A program made the position numbers and the translations under genes. From NCBI RefSeq assembly GCF_015058625.1, contig NZ_SVCA01000005.1: 64,000 nt of DNA; one strand, written 5' to 3'. The notes under the pieces were generated by a model. That model was not told the DNA's origin. It searched no databases and was given only the letters and a program-made list of their open reading frames with translations. Positions 28,440 through 35,790 of this stretch are shown one piece after another; the stretch's first letter is position 1; every line of letters begins with the position of its first letter. The stretch comes from Selenomonas ruminantium. Its GTDB lineage: Bacteria > Bacillota > Negativicutes > Selenomonadales > Selenomonadaceae.

Positions 28440-29492
28440 ATGCCGGATTATATGTTGGCGTTTGTCATTGCCGCAGGTGTGGCTCTGCTCATTACGCCTG
28501 GTGTGATTTTCCTGGCGGCCAAGACGGGAGCCATGGACGCTCCTGATGCGAGAAAAGTACATAAAAAACCTATTCCCCGTATCGGCGGTCTGGGTATTTA
28601 CGCAGCCTTTATGGTGGCGATTATTGGGATTATGCAGTTCATCGACGTGGAGCCGGACGTGCTCTTCGAGGTCACCGGCCTTTTGGTGGGCGGTTCCTTG
28701 ATTGTGCTCGTGGGTGTTATCGACGATTACAAGAACCTGCCGGCCAAAGTCAAACTGGTGGGGCAGATTGTAGCGGCAGCTGTGCTGGTCATTGCCTTTG
28801 ATGTGCGCATTGACTTCATCACGGACCCCTTCGGTGATTTCTTCTACACGGAGTGGCTGGCCATTCCCGTGACCATCTTCTGGATTGTAGGTCTTACCAA
28901 TACGGTAAACCTCATTGATGGCCTTGACGGCCTGGCGGCTGGTGTGGCTACCATCGCGTCCGTCACCATCTTCTTAGTGGCTTTGCAGCAGAACATCCTG
29001 CTCGTGGCTGTTCTGACGGCAGCACTGGCTGGTTCTGCGATTGGCTTCCTTTACTACAACTTCAATCCTGCCCGGATTTTCATGGGCGATTCGGGGAGCA
29101 TGTTCCTGGGCTATATGCTCGCGGGTATCTCCGTTATCGGTGCGGTGAAATGCGCGGCTACCATTGCGCTGATTGTACCGATTCTGGCTTTGGGACTGCC
29201 CATTCTGGACACGACCTTTGCCATCGTGCGCCGCTACCGTGGCGGTGTGCCCATCTTCAAGCCGGACAGAGGTCATCTCCATCATCGTCTGATGGATTTG
29301 GGCTTCAGCCAGCGGCAGGCCGTACTGCTGATGTACGTCATCAGCGCCCTGCTGGGGCTTAGCGCTGTGGCACTGACGGAAGTCAGCTCGCAGTTCGCCA
29401 TTGCCATCGTCTGCATGGTCGTGGCTTTGGTGCTCTACGGTGCAAAACGCATCGGCATCTTCCGCATGAATGATTCAGCCCAGCAGCATTAA
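28440..29492 (+). CDS. wecA: Polyprenyl-phosphate N-acetylhexosamine-1-phosphate transferase (WecA/TagO, MraY-like GT4)
   Basis: ATG at 28440 has an AGAGGTG RBS. It has many TM helices. Motifs DDxxN (VIDDYKNL) and NLIDGLDGLA are the MraY/WecA family signatures. Confidence 0.75.
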   Translation: MPDYMLAFVIAAGVALLITPGVIFLAAKTGAMDAPDARKVHKKPIPRIGGLGIYAAFMVAIIGIMQFIDVEPDVLFEVTGLLVGGSLIVLVGVIDDYKNLPAKVKLVGQIVAAAVLVIAFDVRIDFITDPFGDFFYTEWLAIPVTIFWIVGLTNTVNLIDGLDGLAAGVATIASVTIFLVALQQNILLVAVLTAALAGSAIGFLYYNFNPARIFMGDSGSMFLGYMLAGISVIGAVKCAATIALIVPILALGLPILDTTFAIVRRYRGGVPIFKPDRGHLHHRLMDLGFSQRQAVLLMYVISALLGLSAVALTEVSSQFAIAIVCMVVALVLYGAKRIGIFRMNDSAQQH

Positions 29493-29680
29493 AAGAAATA
29501 TTCGCAATGATTGCCTTCCCCTCTGGGGGCGCGAAAGCGCGGGAGTCCAGTGGACTCCCAGGTTGGGGACCGCCTTGCGGTGGATGAGGTTCATGTCAGA
29601 GATTGCCTGGAACCTCATCCGTCAGCCTGCGGCTGCCACCTTCCCCATAGGGGAAGGCTTATATAGAGAGGGGACTATTA

Positions 29681-30844
29681 ATGGAACAAAAGAAAATCAA
29701 GGTTATGACGGTGTTTGGCACCCGGCCTGAGGCGATAAAGATGGCACCTATCGTGCTGGAACTGCAGAAGCACTCGGACAAAATCACCCCGGTGGTGGCG
29801 GTAACGGCTCAGCATCGCGAAATGCTGGATCAGGTTCTGGGACTCTTTAACATCACGCCGGACCACGACCTTGATATCATGGCACAGGGCCAGACCCTCT
29901 TTGACATCACCTCCAAGGCCATGATGGGGCTGGATAAGGTGCTGGCAGAAGAAAAGCCGGATATTGTGCTGGTACATGGCGACACCACGACTACCTTTGC
30001 CGGTGCCTTGGCCGCTTATTACCATCAGACGACGGTAGGTCATGTGGAAGCAGGCCTCAGAACCCATGACAAGTACAGCCCCTTCCCGGAAGAAATGAAC
30101 CGCAAGCTCACGGGCTGCATTGCAGACTTGAACTTTGCCCCCACGGAAACCTCCGAGAGCAATCTGTTGGCGGAAAATGTGAAGCCCGAAAGCATCTTCA
30201 TCACGGGCAACACAGTTATCGATGCCCTGCATCATACGGTAAAGGATGATTTCCAGTTTGAAGATGAACTGCTGCAGAATATCGACTTTGAGAACAAGCG
30301 CATCATCCTCGTGACCACCCATCGCCGGGAAAATCTGGGCGAGCCCATGCGCCATGTCTACAAGGCTCTGCGCCAGCTGACGGAAGAATTTGCCGATGTG
30401 GAAGTGGTCTTCCCGGTGCATAAGAACCCGAAAGTCCGTGAAGTCGTGCAGGAAGAATTAGGCGGTTTGGAGAAGGTTCACCTCATTGACCCGCTGGACT
30501 ATGAACCGTTTGCCAATTTGATGAGCCGTGCGCATTTGATTCTCACCGATTCCGGCGGCGTGCAGGAAGAAGCGCCTGCCCTCGGCAAGCCGGTTCTCGT
30601 GCTCCGCGATACCACGGAACGTCCCGAAGCAGTTGCTGCGGGCACGGTAAAACTCATCGGCACCGACCGGGATGTGGTTTATAACGAAGCCAAGACCTTG
30701 CTGACGGATGAAGCAGCCTATAGCCGCATGGCAGAATCCGTAAACCCCTATGGTGACGGCAAAGCCTCCCAGCGCATCATTCAGGCCATTCTCTACCATT
30801 ATGGCCTGGCCGATAACCGCCCCGATATATTCGTAGGCAAATAA
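29681..30844 (+). CDS. wecB: UDP-N-acetylglucosamine 2-epimerase (WecB/MnaA)
   Basis: The N-terminus MEQKKIKVMTVFGTRPEAIKMAPIV is followed by HVEAGLRT and DSGGVQEEAP motifs. Confidence 0.85.
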   Translation: MEQKKIKVMTVFGTRPEAIKMAPIVLELQKHSDKITPVVAVTAQHREMLDQVLGLFNITPDHDLDIMAQGQTLFDITSKAMMGLDKVLAEEKPDIVLVHGDTTTTFAGALAAYYHQTTVGHVEAGLRTHDKYSPFPEEMNRKLTGCIADLNFAPTETSESNLLAENVKPESIFITGNTVIDALHHTVKDDFQFEDELLQNIDFENKRIILVTTHRRENLGEPMRHVYKALRQLTEEFADVEVVFPVHKNPKVREVVQEELGGLEKVHLIDPLDYEPFANLMSRAHLILTDSGGVQEEAPALGKPVLVLRDTTERPEAVAAGTVKLIGTDRDVVYNEAKTLLTDEAAYSRMAESVNPYGDGKASQRIIQAILYHYGLADNRPDIFVGK

Positions 30845-30845
30845 G

Positions 30846-31076
30846 ATGGCCGGACAGGAACCAAGCGGCCTCAAACAGGCCGTCAAAGCCTTTTCGATAT
30901 TGGGCGGAGTTGGCATCTACCTAGTGGTATTTGTAGGCATATGCGGTTACATTGGCAGCCTTATCGGAGATTTTCTCCAATTGGGGAAAGCAGGGATAAT
31001 CGGTGGCATTATCTTGGGCTTTCCCGCAGCCTTTTATACACTGTACAGACAGCTTAAGAATAACGAGCTTATTTGA
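30846..31076 (+). CDS. AtpZ/AtpI-like small two-helix membrane protein (orphan, no atp operon follows)
   Basis: It is 76 aa with two hydrophobic helices and a YTLYRQL C-terminus, resembling the AtpZ family that usually precedes F-ATPase operons. It is tightly linked (2 nt) to the wecB stop. Confidence 0.4.
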   Translation: MAGQEPSGLKQAVKAFSILGGVGIYLVVFVGICGYIGSLIGDFLQLGKAGIIGGIILGFPAAFYTLYRQLKNNELI

Positions 31077-31078
31077 CA

Positions 31079-31115
31079 GAACGTACCTCCGCGAATGGAG
31101 GTACGTTCTTTTTTG
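31079..31115. terminator. Bidirectional rho-independent terminator
   Basis: A perfect 12-bp stem GAACGTACCTCC/GGAGGTACGTTC with loop GCGAAT is followed by TTTTTTG and preceded by an A-run on the opposite strand. Confidence 0.7.
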
Positions 31116-31159
31116 CATACGAAAAAAGCCACTACCCAAAGTAGTGACTGAATAATCAA

Positions 31160-31233
31160 TGGAGCGGGCAATGGGAGTCGAACCCACCTCTAAAGCTTGG
31201 GAAGCTTTCATTCTACCGATGAACTATGCCCGC
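31160..31233 (-). tRNA. tRNA-Gly (anticodon CCC)
   Basis: The reverse complement folds as a cloverleaf. The acceptor stem is GCGGGCA/TGCCCGC with discriminator U and CCA. The anticodon stem is AAAGC/GCTTT with loop TTCCCAA. The T-loop is GGTTCGACTCC. Confidence 0.8.
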
Positions 31234-31352
31234 AACGACTTTTTCAGTATATCATTTTTGTTATTGTATTGCAAGGGGGAATTTGTCTGCGGCATGGCGA
31301 ATCTTAATACAGATAAAATTGTCTTTATTGGATTTACATAGGAGGTAAAATT

Positions 31353-32648
31353 ATGGGACTTTTACAAGCAGGAATTGGCGCTGTGGGCGGTGTGCTGGGC
31401 GACCAGTGGAAAGAATACATCTACTGTGACAGTTTGCCGCCAGACGTACTTATGGCCAAGGGGCACCGCAAGACCGGCAGCGGGTCTTCTAATAAGGGGG
31501 ACGACAACATCATCTCCCAGGGCTCAAGAGTAGCGGTCAACAATGGTCAGTGTCTCATCATTGTGGAAAATGGTGAGGTGGTGGACATTTGCGCCGAACC
31601 GGGGGAATACACCTATGACCGGGAAACGGAGCCGTCGCTGTTCACAGGCGACCTTTCCGATACAATTCCGAAGGTCTTTGCAGAAATCGGCCGCCGTTTC
31701 TCCTTTGGCGGGGACACAGGCCGTGACCAGCGGGTGTACTACATCAACACCAAGGAAATCTATGGCAACAAGTTCGGCACGCCGTCGCCGATTGCCTTCA
31801 AAGTGCGGGATGACACGCTGAACTATGAGCAGACCATCCAGATTCGCTGCTTCGGTGAGTACAGCTACCGGATTACCAATCCGGTTCTGTTCTATACCAA
31901 CATTGCCAGCAATGTCAGTGATACGTTCAGCCGTGAGGAAATCGACAGTCAGCTCAAATCCGAACTCATGATGGCACTCAAACCGGCTATGGCCAAAGTT
32001 TCGGCTATGCGGGTGGGCTATGACGAATTGGAGGCACATTCGCAGGAAATTGCCGATGCCTTGAACGAAAGTCTTAGCCAGAAATGGGGCAATCTGCGCG
32101 GTATTGAAGTCGTGTCCGTAGCCGTGGCCAGTGTCAGCCTTACGGATGAGAGTCAGGCAGTGCTCGAAAAACTGCAGAAGATGCAGGAAGCTGCTGTACT
32201 AGGCCGTGACCCGTCGCTAATGGCTGGCTTCTATGGTGCTGCGCAGGCGGACGCTCTGCGTGATGCGGCGAACAACGAAGGCGGCGCAGCTATCGGTTTT
32301 ATGGGGACGAACATGGCTGGCAATGCAAATGGCATCAATGTCGGTGATATGATGGCGCAGGGACAGGCGCAAAGAACTGCCCAGTCACAGCAGGCCGCTG
32401 CCCGTCAGGCGGCACCTGCGGGCGGCTGGACTTGTGCCTGCGGCCATAGCGGCAACACGGGTAAGTTTTGTTCCGAATGTGGCGCTGCCAAACCGGATGA
32501 CGGCTGGACCTGTGCATGTGGCGCCAAGAATACGGGCAAATTCTGCTCGGAATGCGGCAAGCCCCGTCCTGCTGGTGATTGGGTTTGTGCCTGCGGGGCC
32601 AAAAACAGCGGCAAGTTCTGCGCTGAATGCGGGAGCCCGCGTCCGTGA
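31353..32648 (+). CDS. SPFH/Band-7 domain protein with three C-terminal tandem zinc-ribbon repeats (COG4260 / B. subtilis YdjI-like)
   Basis: The N-terminal SPFH-like region starts MGLLQAGIGAVGGVLGDQWKEY. The C-terminus has three copies of a 26-aa repeat, GWTCACG...GKFCSECG(A/K/S)P.P (CxxC...CxxC). Confidence 0.6.
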   Translation: MGLLQAGIGAVGGVLGDQWKEYIYCDSLPPDVLMAKGHRKTGSGSSNKGDDNIISQGSRVAVNNGQCLIIVENGEVVDICAEPGEYTYDRETEPSLFTGDLSDTIPKVFAEIGRRFSFGGDTGRDQRVYYINTKEIYGNKFGTPSPIAFKVRDDTLNYEQTIQIRCFGEYSYRITNPVLFYTNIASNVSDTFSREEIDSQLKSELMMALKPAMAKVSAMRVGYDELEAHSQEIADALNESLSQKWGNLRGIEVVSVAVASVSLTDESQAVLEKLQKMQEAAVLGRDPSLMAGFYGAAQADALRDAANNEGGAAIGFMGTNMAGNANGINVGDMMAQGQAQRTAQSQQAAARQAAPAGGWTCACGHSGNTGKFCSECGAAKPDDGWTCACGAKNTGKFCSECGKPRPAGDWVCACGAKNSGKFCAECGSPRP

Positions 32649-32679
32649 TGAATTTGACAATGGATAAGGAGGTGGCGGT

Positions 32680-33786
32680 ATGGCAAGTTCTTCCGTAGCT
32701 TATAAATGTCCTAACTGCAGTGCGCCACTGGATTTTAAGCCCGGCACCCAGAAGATAACCTGTGAATACTGCGGTACGGAGCTTGATGCGGAAGCTATCG
32801 AAGCACTGTTTCAGGCCAAAGAGGCCATGGCGGCAGAAGCCGCCGAACGAGAAGATGAAAAATGGGATACAGCAGTAGCGGGCGGCGAGTGGACGGCCGA
32901 AGAAGCAGAGGCGTTTAAGTCCTACACCTGCGAATCCTGCGGGGCAGAAATCGTAGCCGATGGCAACACCATGGCCACGGAATGCTGTTACTGTGGTCAT
33001 GCGGTGATGCTGCCCAGCCGTTTTGAGGGCATGCTCAAGCCCGACTACATCATTCCCTTCAAAAAGACCAAGGACGATGCCAAGGCGGCGCTGAAGGCAT
33101 TCTATGAAAACAAGTGGCTGCTGCCCAGTCTCTTTAAGTCGCAGAATCGTATTGAGGCCATTCAGGCGCTCTATGTGCCGTTCTGGCTCTTTGATTCCGA
33201 GGTGGATGCTTATGCTCATTTTCGGGCGGAGAAAATTCATATCTACGAGACCAGTGACGAGGAAGTCACGGAGACCAGCCATTATGAGTGTTTGCGTTCC
33301 GGCAGCATGGCCTTTTCCCGCATCCCGGTGGACGGCAGTGAAAAGATGGACGACACCTATATGGAGAGCATTGAACCCTTTGACTACAGCGAAATGGTGC
33401 CCTTTTCCAACGCCTATATGACGGGTTTTCTCGCGGACAAATATGATGTGGATGCCGAGGCTTCCGTGCCGCGGGCGGACAAGCGGGTTCAGCAGAGTGC
33501 CATTGATGTGCTGTCGGATACCGTAGAAGGATATGACAGTGTTCACTGCACCGAATCCGATGTGAAGAAACAGGCAGGCGTTGTGGCTTATTGTATGGCA
33601 CCTGTCTGGATTGTCACCACCCGCTATCAGGACAAGCCCTATACCTTTATGATGAATGGCCAGTCCGGCAAGGTGGTCGGCAGCCTTCCTTACGACATGA
33701 AAAAAGCCGTGGCCTATGGGCTGGCGGTCTTTGCCGTAGTTCTGCCCATTGTGTACTATGCAGCCAAGTGGCTGCTGGCAGATTGA
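32680..33786 (+). CDS. Zinc-ribbon-containing protein with C-terminal TM helix (YdjG/YdjH-like Psp-associated partner)
   Basis: The N-terminal zinc ribbon is KCPNCSAPLDFKPGTQKITCEYCGTEL. Further Cys pairs follow (CESCG...CCYCGH). The C-terminal TM is AVAYGLAVFAVVLPIVYYAAKWLL. Confidence 0.5.
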   Translation: MASSSVAYKCPNCSAPLDFKPGTQKITCEYCGTELDAEAIEALFQAKEAMAAEAAEREDEKWDTAVAGGEWTAEEAEAFKSYTCESCGAEIVADGNTMATECCYCGHAVMLPSRFEGMLKPDYIIPFKKTKDDAKAALKAFYENKWLLPSLFKSQNRIEAIQALYVPFWLFDSEVDAYAHFRAEKIHIYETSDEEVTETSHYECLRSGSMAFSRIPVDGSEKMDDTYMESIEPFDYSEMVPFSNAYMTGFLADKYDVDAEASVPRADKRVQQSAIDVLSDTVEGYDSVHCTESDVKKQAGVVAYCMAPVWIVTTRYQDKPYTFMMNGQSGKVVGSLPYDMKKAVAYGLAVFAVVLPIVYYAAKWLLAD

Positions 33787-33799
33787 GGAGGGAATGGCG

Positions 33800-34567
33800 A
33801 TGAAAAAATTCTTAAGAATCCTGCAGGGCGCCTGCCTCGCATTCCTGCTTATCTGCCAGACTGCGGCCTTGGCTGCTGCGCCTGTGGTGGATCAGGCAAA
33901 ACTTTTGAATAGCAGCCAGCGTGAAGCGCTTACAGCAAAAATCCAGCAGGTAGAGGCTGCCCATAAAATCAAAATCGGTATCTGCACCATGCAGGCTGTG
34001 CCGGGGGGCATCAGTATTGGCAAATATGCCAACAACATTCTGGACAAAAACTTTGCCAATGGGGAAAACGGCAGTATTGTCCTTGTGCTGGCCATGGGCA
34101 GCCGCGACTGGTATATCTCCACCGATAATAAAATGCGGGCGAAAATCACCGACGAAGCGGGGATTCATGGCCTCAAAAATCTCTTTTTGGATGATTTGTC
34201 CAATGGTGACTACAGTGACGGCTTTCATCACTTCGTGGACGGGATAGACCGCTATCTGAGCTATTACGAAAAAGAGGGCGTCCCCTATGACCCTGGGGAT
34301 GAATTCGACATTTGGGCAGCGATTATCGCAGCAGCGGTGGCAGCTGCAAGCGGCTTTTTCTTTGCCTATTACCTCATCTGCGGCATGAGCAATGTTACTC
34401 CTGCCGTAGAAGCCAGCGCTTACCTGAAACAGGACAGTGTGGATATCTTCCAACGGCAGGACAGATACCTCTATACCACCGTAACCCGCCGGCAAAAATC
34501 CAAGAGCAGTGACAGCTCATCATCCTCCAGCGACAGCAGCCATGGCGGCGGGGGAGGAAAGTTCTAG
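33800..34567 (+). CDS. TPM-domain (TLP18.3/Psb32/MOLO-1, YgcG-like) protein with signal peptide, TM helix and Gly/Ser-rich tail
   Basis: ATG at 33800 has a GAGGAGGG RBS. It has a signal peptide and a TPM phosphatase-like domain (DQAKLLNSSQREALTAKIQQVEAAHKIKIGICTM...DDLSNGDYSDGFHHFVDGIDRYL). A TM helix and an SSSSSSDSSHGGGGGKF tail follow. Confidence 0.6.
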   Translation: MKKFLRILQGACLAFLLICQTAALAAAPVVDQAKLLNSSQREALTAKIQQVEAAHKIKIGICTMQAVPGGISIGKYANNILDKNFANGENGSIVLVLAMGSRDWYISTDNKMRAKITDEAGIHGLKNLFLDDLSNGDYSDGFHHFVDGIDRYLSYYEKEGVPYDPGDEFDIWAAIIAAAVAAASGFFFAYYLICGMSNVTPAVEASAYLKQDSVDIFQRQDRYLYTTVTRRQKSKSSDSSSSSSDSSHGGGGGKF

Positions 34568-34671
34568 TATTACACTTACTGGCCGTAAAAAATCATTGAC
34601 AAAAAAAGACGTCGATGCTAGACTGAAAATACAAATGAATTGAGAGAAGTTCATTACAGTACCGAACAAAG

Positions 34672-34712
34672 AAAAGCCCCCGCTAGAGTGATGCCTGTGC
34701 GGGGGCTTTTCT
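34672..34712 (+). terminator. Rho-independent terminator after the TPM gene
   Basis: The stem AAAAGCCCCCGC...GCGGGGGCTTTT is followed by CTTGTTC. Confidence 0.6.
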
Positions 34713-34771
34713 TGTTCATCTGCTGATGCTTGCAGGGAGTACATTATGCTGGATTACCACATTGCCACTGG

Positions 34772-34861
34772 TCAGCGGCCCAGCAGGTAGAGTGCAAGCT
34801 CAACGATAATACCGCCGATAAAACTTGCAAGTACCGATAACCAAAATTGAGAGAAATTCAT
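34772..34861 (-). CDS. Unlisted small hydrophobic peptide (29 aa, MNFSQFWLSVLASFIGGIIVELALYLLGR)
   Basis: The ATG is at the reverse complement of 34859-34861. A strong RBS GGAGGG lies about 8 nt upstream. It encodes a single predicted TM helix and stops at 34772-34774. It is too short for the ORF track. Confidence 0.3.
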   Translation of the reverse strand: MNFSQFWLSVLASFIGGIIVELALYLLGR

Positions 34862-34954
34862 AAACAGCCCTCCTTCCTCGCCGGATTAACCTTTGACGAA
34901 GGCTGTGGCAACAACAATATTATAGCGCTTGTATGATGTAATCACAATAATTCC

Positions 34955-34983
34955 TTGACAGGACAATAAACATTGGCTATAAT
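34955..34983 (+). promoter_or_regulatory. Consensus sigma-70 promoter (TTGACA-17-TATAAT) for the tRNA-Val pair
   Basis: TTGACA is at 34955-34960 and TATAAT at 34978-34983. Confidence 0.6.
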
Positions 34984-35001
34984 AAATCTTGTCCTTATGA
35001 C

Positions 35002-35080
35002 ATGGGGTTATAGCTCAGTTGGTTAGAGTGTCTCGTTGACATCGAGGAGGTCACAGATTCGAATTCTGTTAACCCCACCA
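35002..35080 (+). tRNA. tRNA-Val (anticodon GAC)
   Basis: The acceptor stem is GGGGTTA/TAACCCC with discriminator A and CCA. The anticodon stem is TCTCG/CGAGG with loop TTGACAT. The T-loop is TTCGAAT. Confidence 0.8.
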
Positions 35081-35083
35081 TAA

Positions 35084-35160
35084 GCTCGCCTAGCTCAGTT
35101 GGCTAGAGCATCTCCGTCACATGGAGGGGGTCGGGGGTTCGAATCCCTCGGCGAGCACCA
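35084..35160 (+). tRNA. tRNA-Val (anticodon CAC)
   Basis: The acceptor stem is GCTCGCC/GGCGAGC with discriminator A and CCA. The anticodon stem is TCTCC/GGAGG with loop GTCACAT. It closely resembles the E. coli tRNA-Val arm structure. Confidence 0.7.
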
Positions 35161-35173
35161 TATTGAATTATGA

Positions 35174-35206
35174 GGAAGCTGGAAACGGCTTCCTTTTTGG
35201 TTTTTT
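35174..35206 (+). terminator. Terminator after the tRNA-Val genes
   Basis: The hairpin AGGAAGC-N8-GCTTCCT is followed by TTTTTGGTTTTTT. Confidence 0.55.
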
Positions 35207-35217
35207 CAAAAAAACTA

Positions 35218-35246
35218 TTGACACATTCAGATTTATCCCGTATAAT
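35218..35246 (+). promoter_or_regulatory. Consensus sigma-70 promoter (TTGACA-17-TATAAT) for the tRNA-Leu pair
   Basis: TTGACA is at 35218-35223 and TATAAT at 35241-35246. Confidence 0.6.
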
Positions 35247-35287
35247 CGTTTGTGTTGGTTCGGTGCTTTCACCGGCGACACCTTAAT

Positions 35288-35374
35288 GCGGACGTGGCGG
35301 AATCGGCAGACGCGCTAGTTTCAGGTACTAGTGGTGGTGACATCGTGGAGGTTCAAGTCCTCTCGTCCGCACCA
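35288..35374 (+). tRNA. tRNA-Leu (anticodon CAG), type II with long variable arm
   Basis: The acceptor stem is GCGGACG/CGTCCGC with discriminator A and CCA. The anticodon stem is CTAGT/ACTAG with loop TTCAGGT (G37). It has a long variable arm. Confidence 0.8.
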
Positions 35375-35408
35375 TTTTTGTGTGTAAAACCTTTTAATCG
35401 AATAAATC

Positions 35409-35494
35409 GCGGTCGTGGCGGAATTGGCAGACGCGCTACTTTGAGGGGGTAGTGTTCACAAGACGTATGGGTTCAAGTCCCATCGACCGCACCA
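35409..35494 (+). tRNA. tRNA-Leu (anticodon GAG), type II
   Basis: The acceptor stem is GCGGTCG/CGACCGC with discriminator A and CCA. The anticodon stem is CTACT/GGTAG with loop TTGAGGG. It has a long variable arm. Confidence 0.8.
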
Positions 35495-35511
35495 ATTAAG
35501 AAATGGACAGA

Positions 35512-35552
35512 GTTGCCATGGTAAACAAGCATTTACCATGGCAACTTTTTTG
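35512..35552 (+). terminator. Strong rho-independent terminator after the tRNA-Leu genes
   Basis: A 14-bp stem GTTGCCATGGTAAA/TTTACCATGGCAAC is followed by TTTTTTG. Confidence 0.75.
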
Positions 35553-35644
35553 TTTAGGAAATGCCTTTTGGACGGGAGGTATAATGGATGAAGTTCTATA
35601 GATAACTAGTTAATTTCTGAAAATTTACTATTAACAAATTAATG

Positions 35645-35790
35645 TTGCAAAAATTTAAAGATAGTGCTAATATGAGGATGGTCTTGAGGTTGAGATAGAA
35701 GACATCGAGGAAACATGGATACTCGCGGATTCTTCTGTTTCATCTTTTAGACGAAGATTAATTTTATTTTTACAGAAGGAGGAGTTTCTC
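35645..35790 (+). promoter_or_regulatory. Promoter (TTGCAA-17-TAATAT with TG extension) plus conserved roughly 85-nt 5' leader of ompM copy 1
   Basis: TTGCAA is at 35645-35650 and TGcTAATAT at 35665-35673. The leader GAGGAAACATGGA(T/C)ACTC(A/G)C(A/G)GATT...TTTTACAGAAGGAGGAGTTTCTC is repeated nearly verbatim before all three ompM genes. Confidence 0.55.

Noticed and set aside
29470-29730. 86-aa + strand ORF spanning the wecA-wecB intergenic hairpin array
   Set aside because: The frame exists only because the GC-rich hairpins lack stops. It has no RBS and a Trp/Arg/Gly-rich improbable product. It also runs into the wecB start. It is reported instead as a structured non-coding element.
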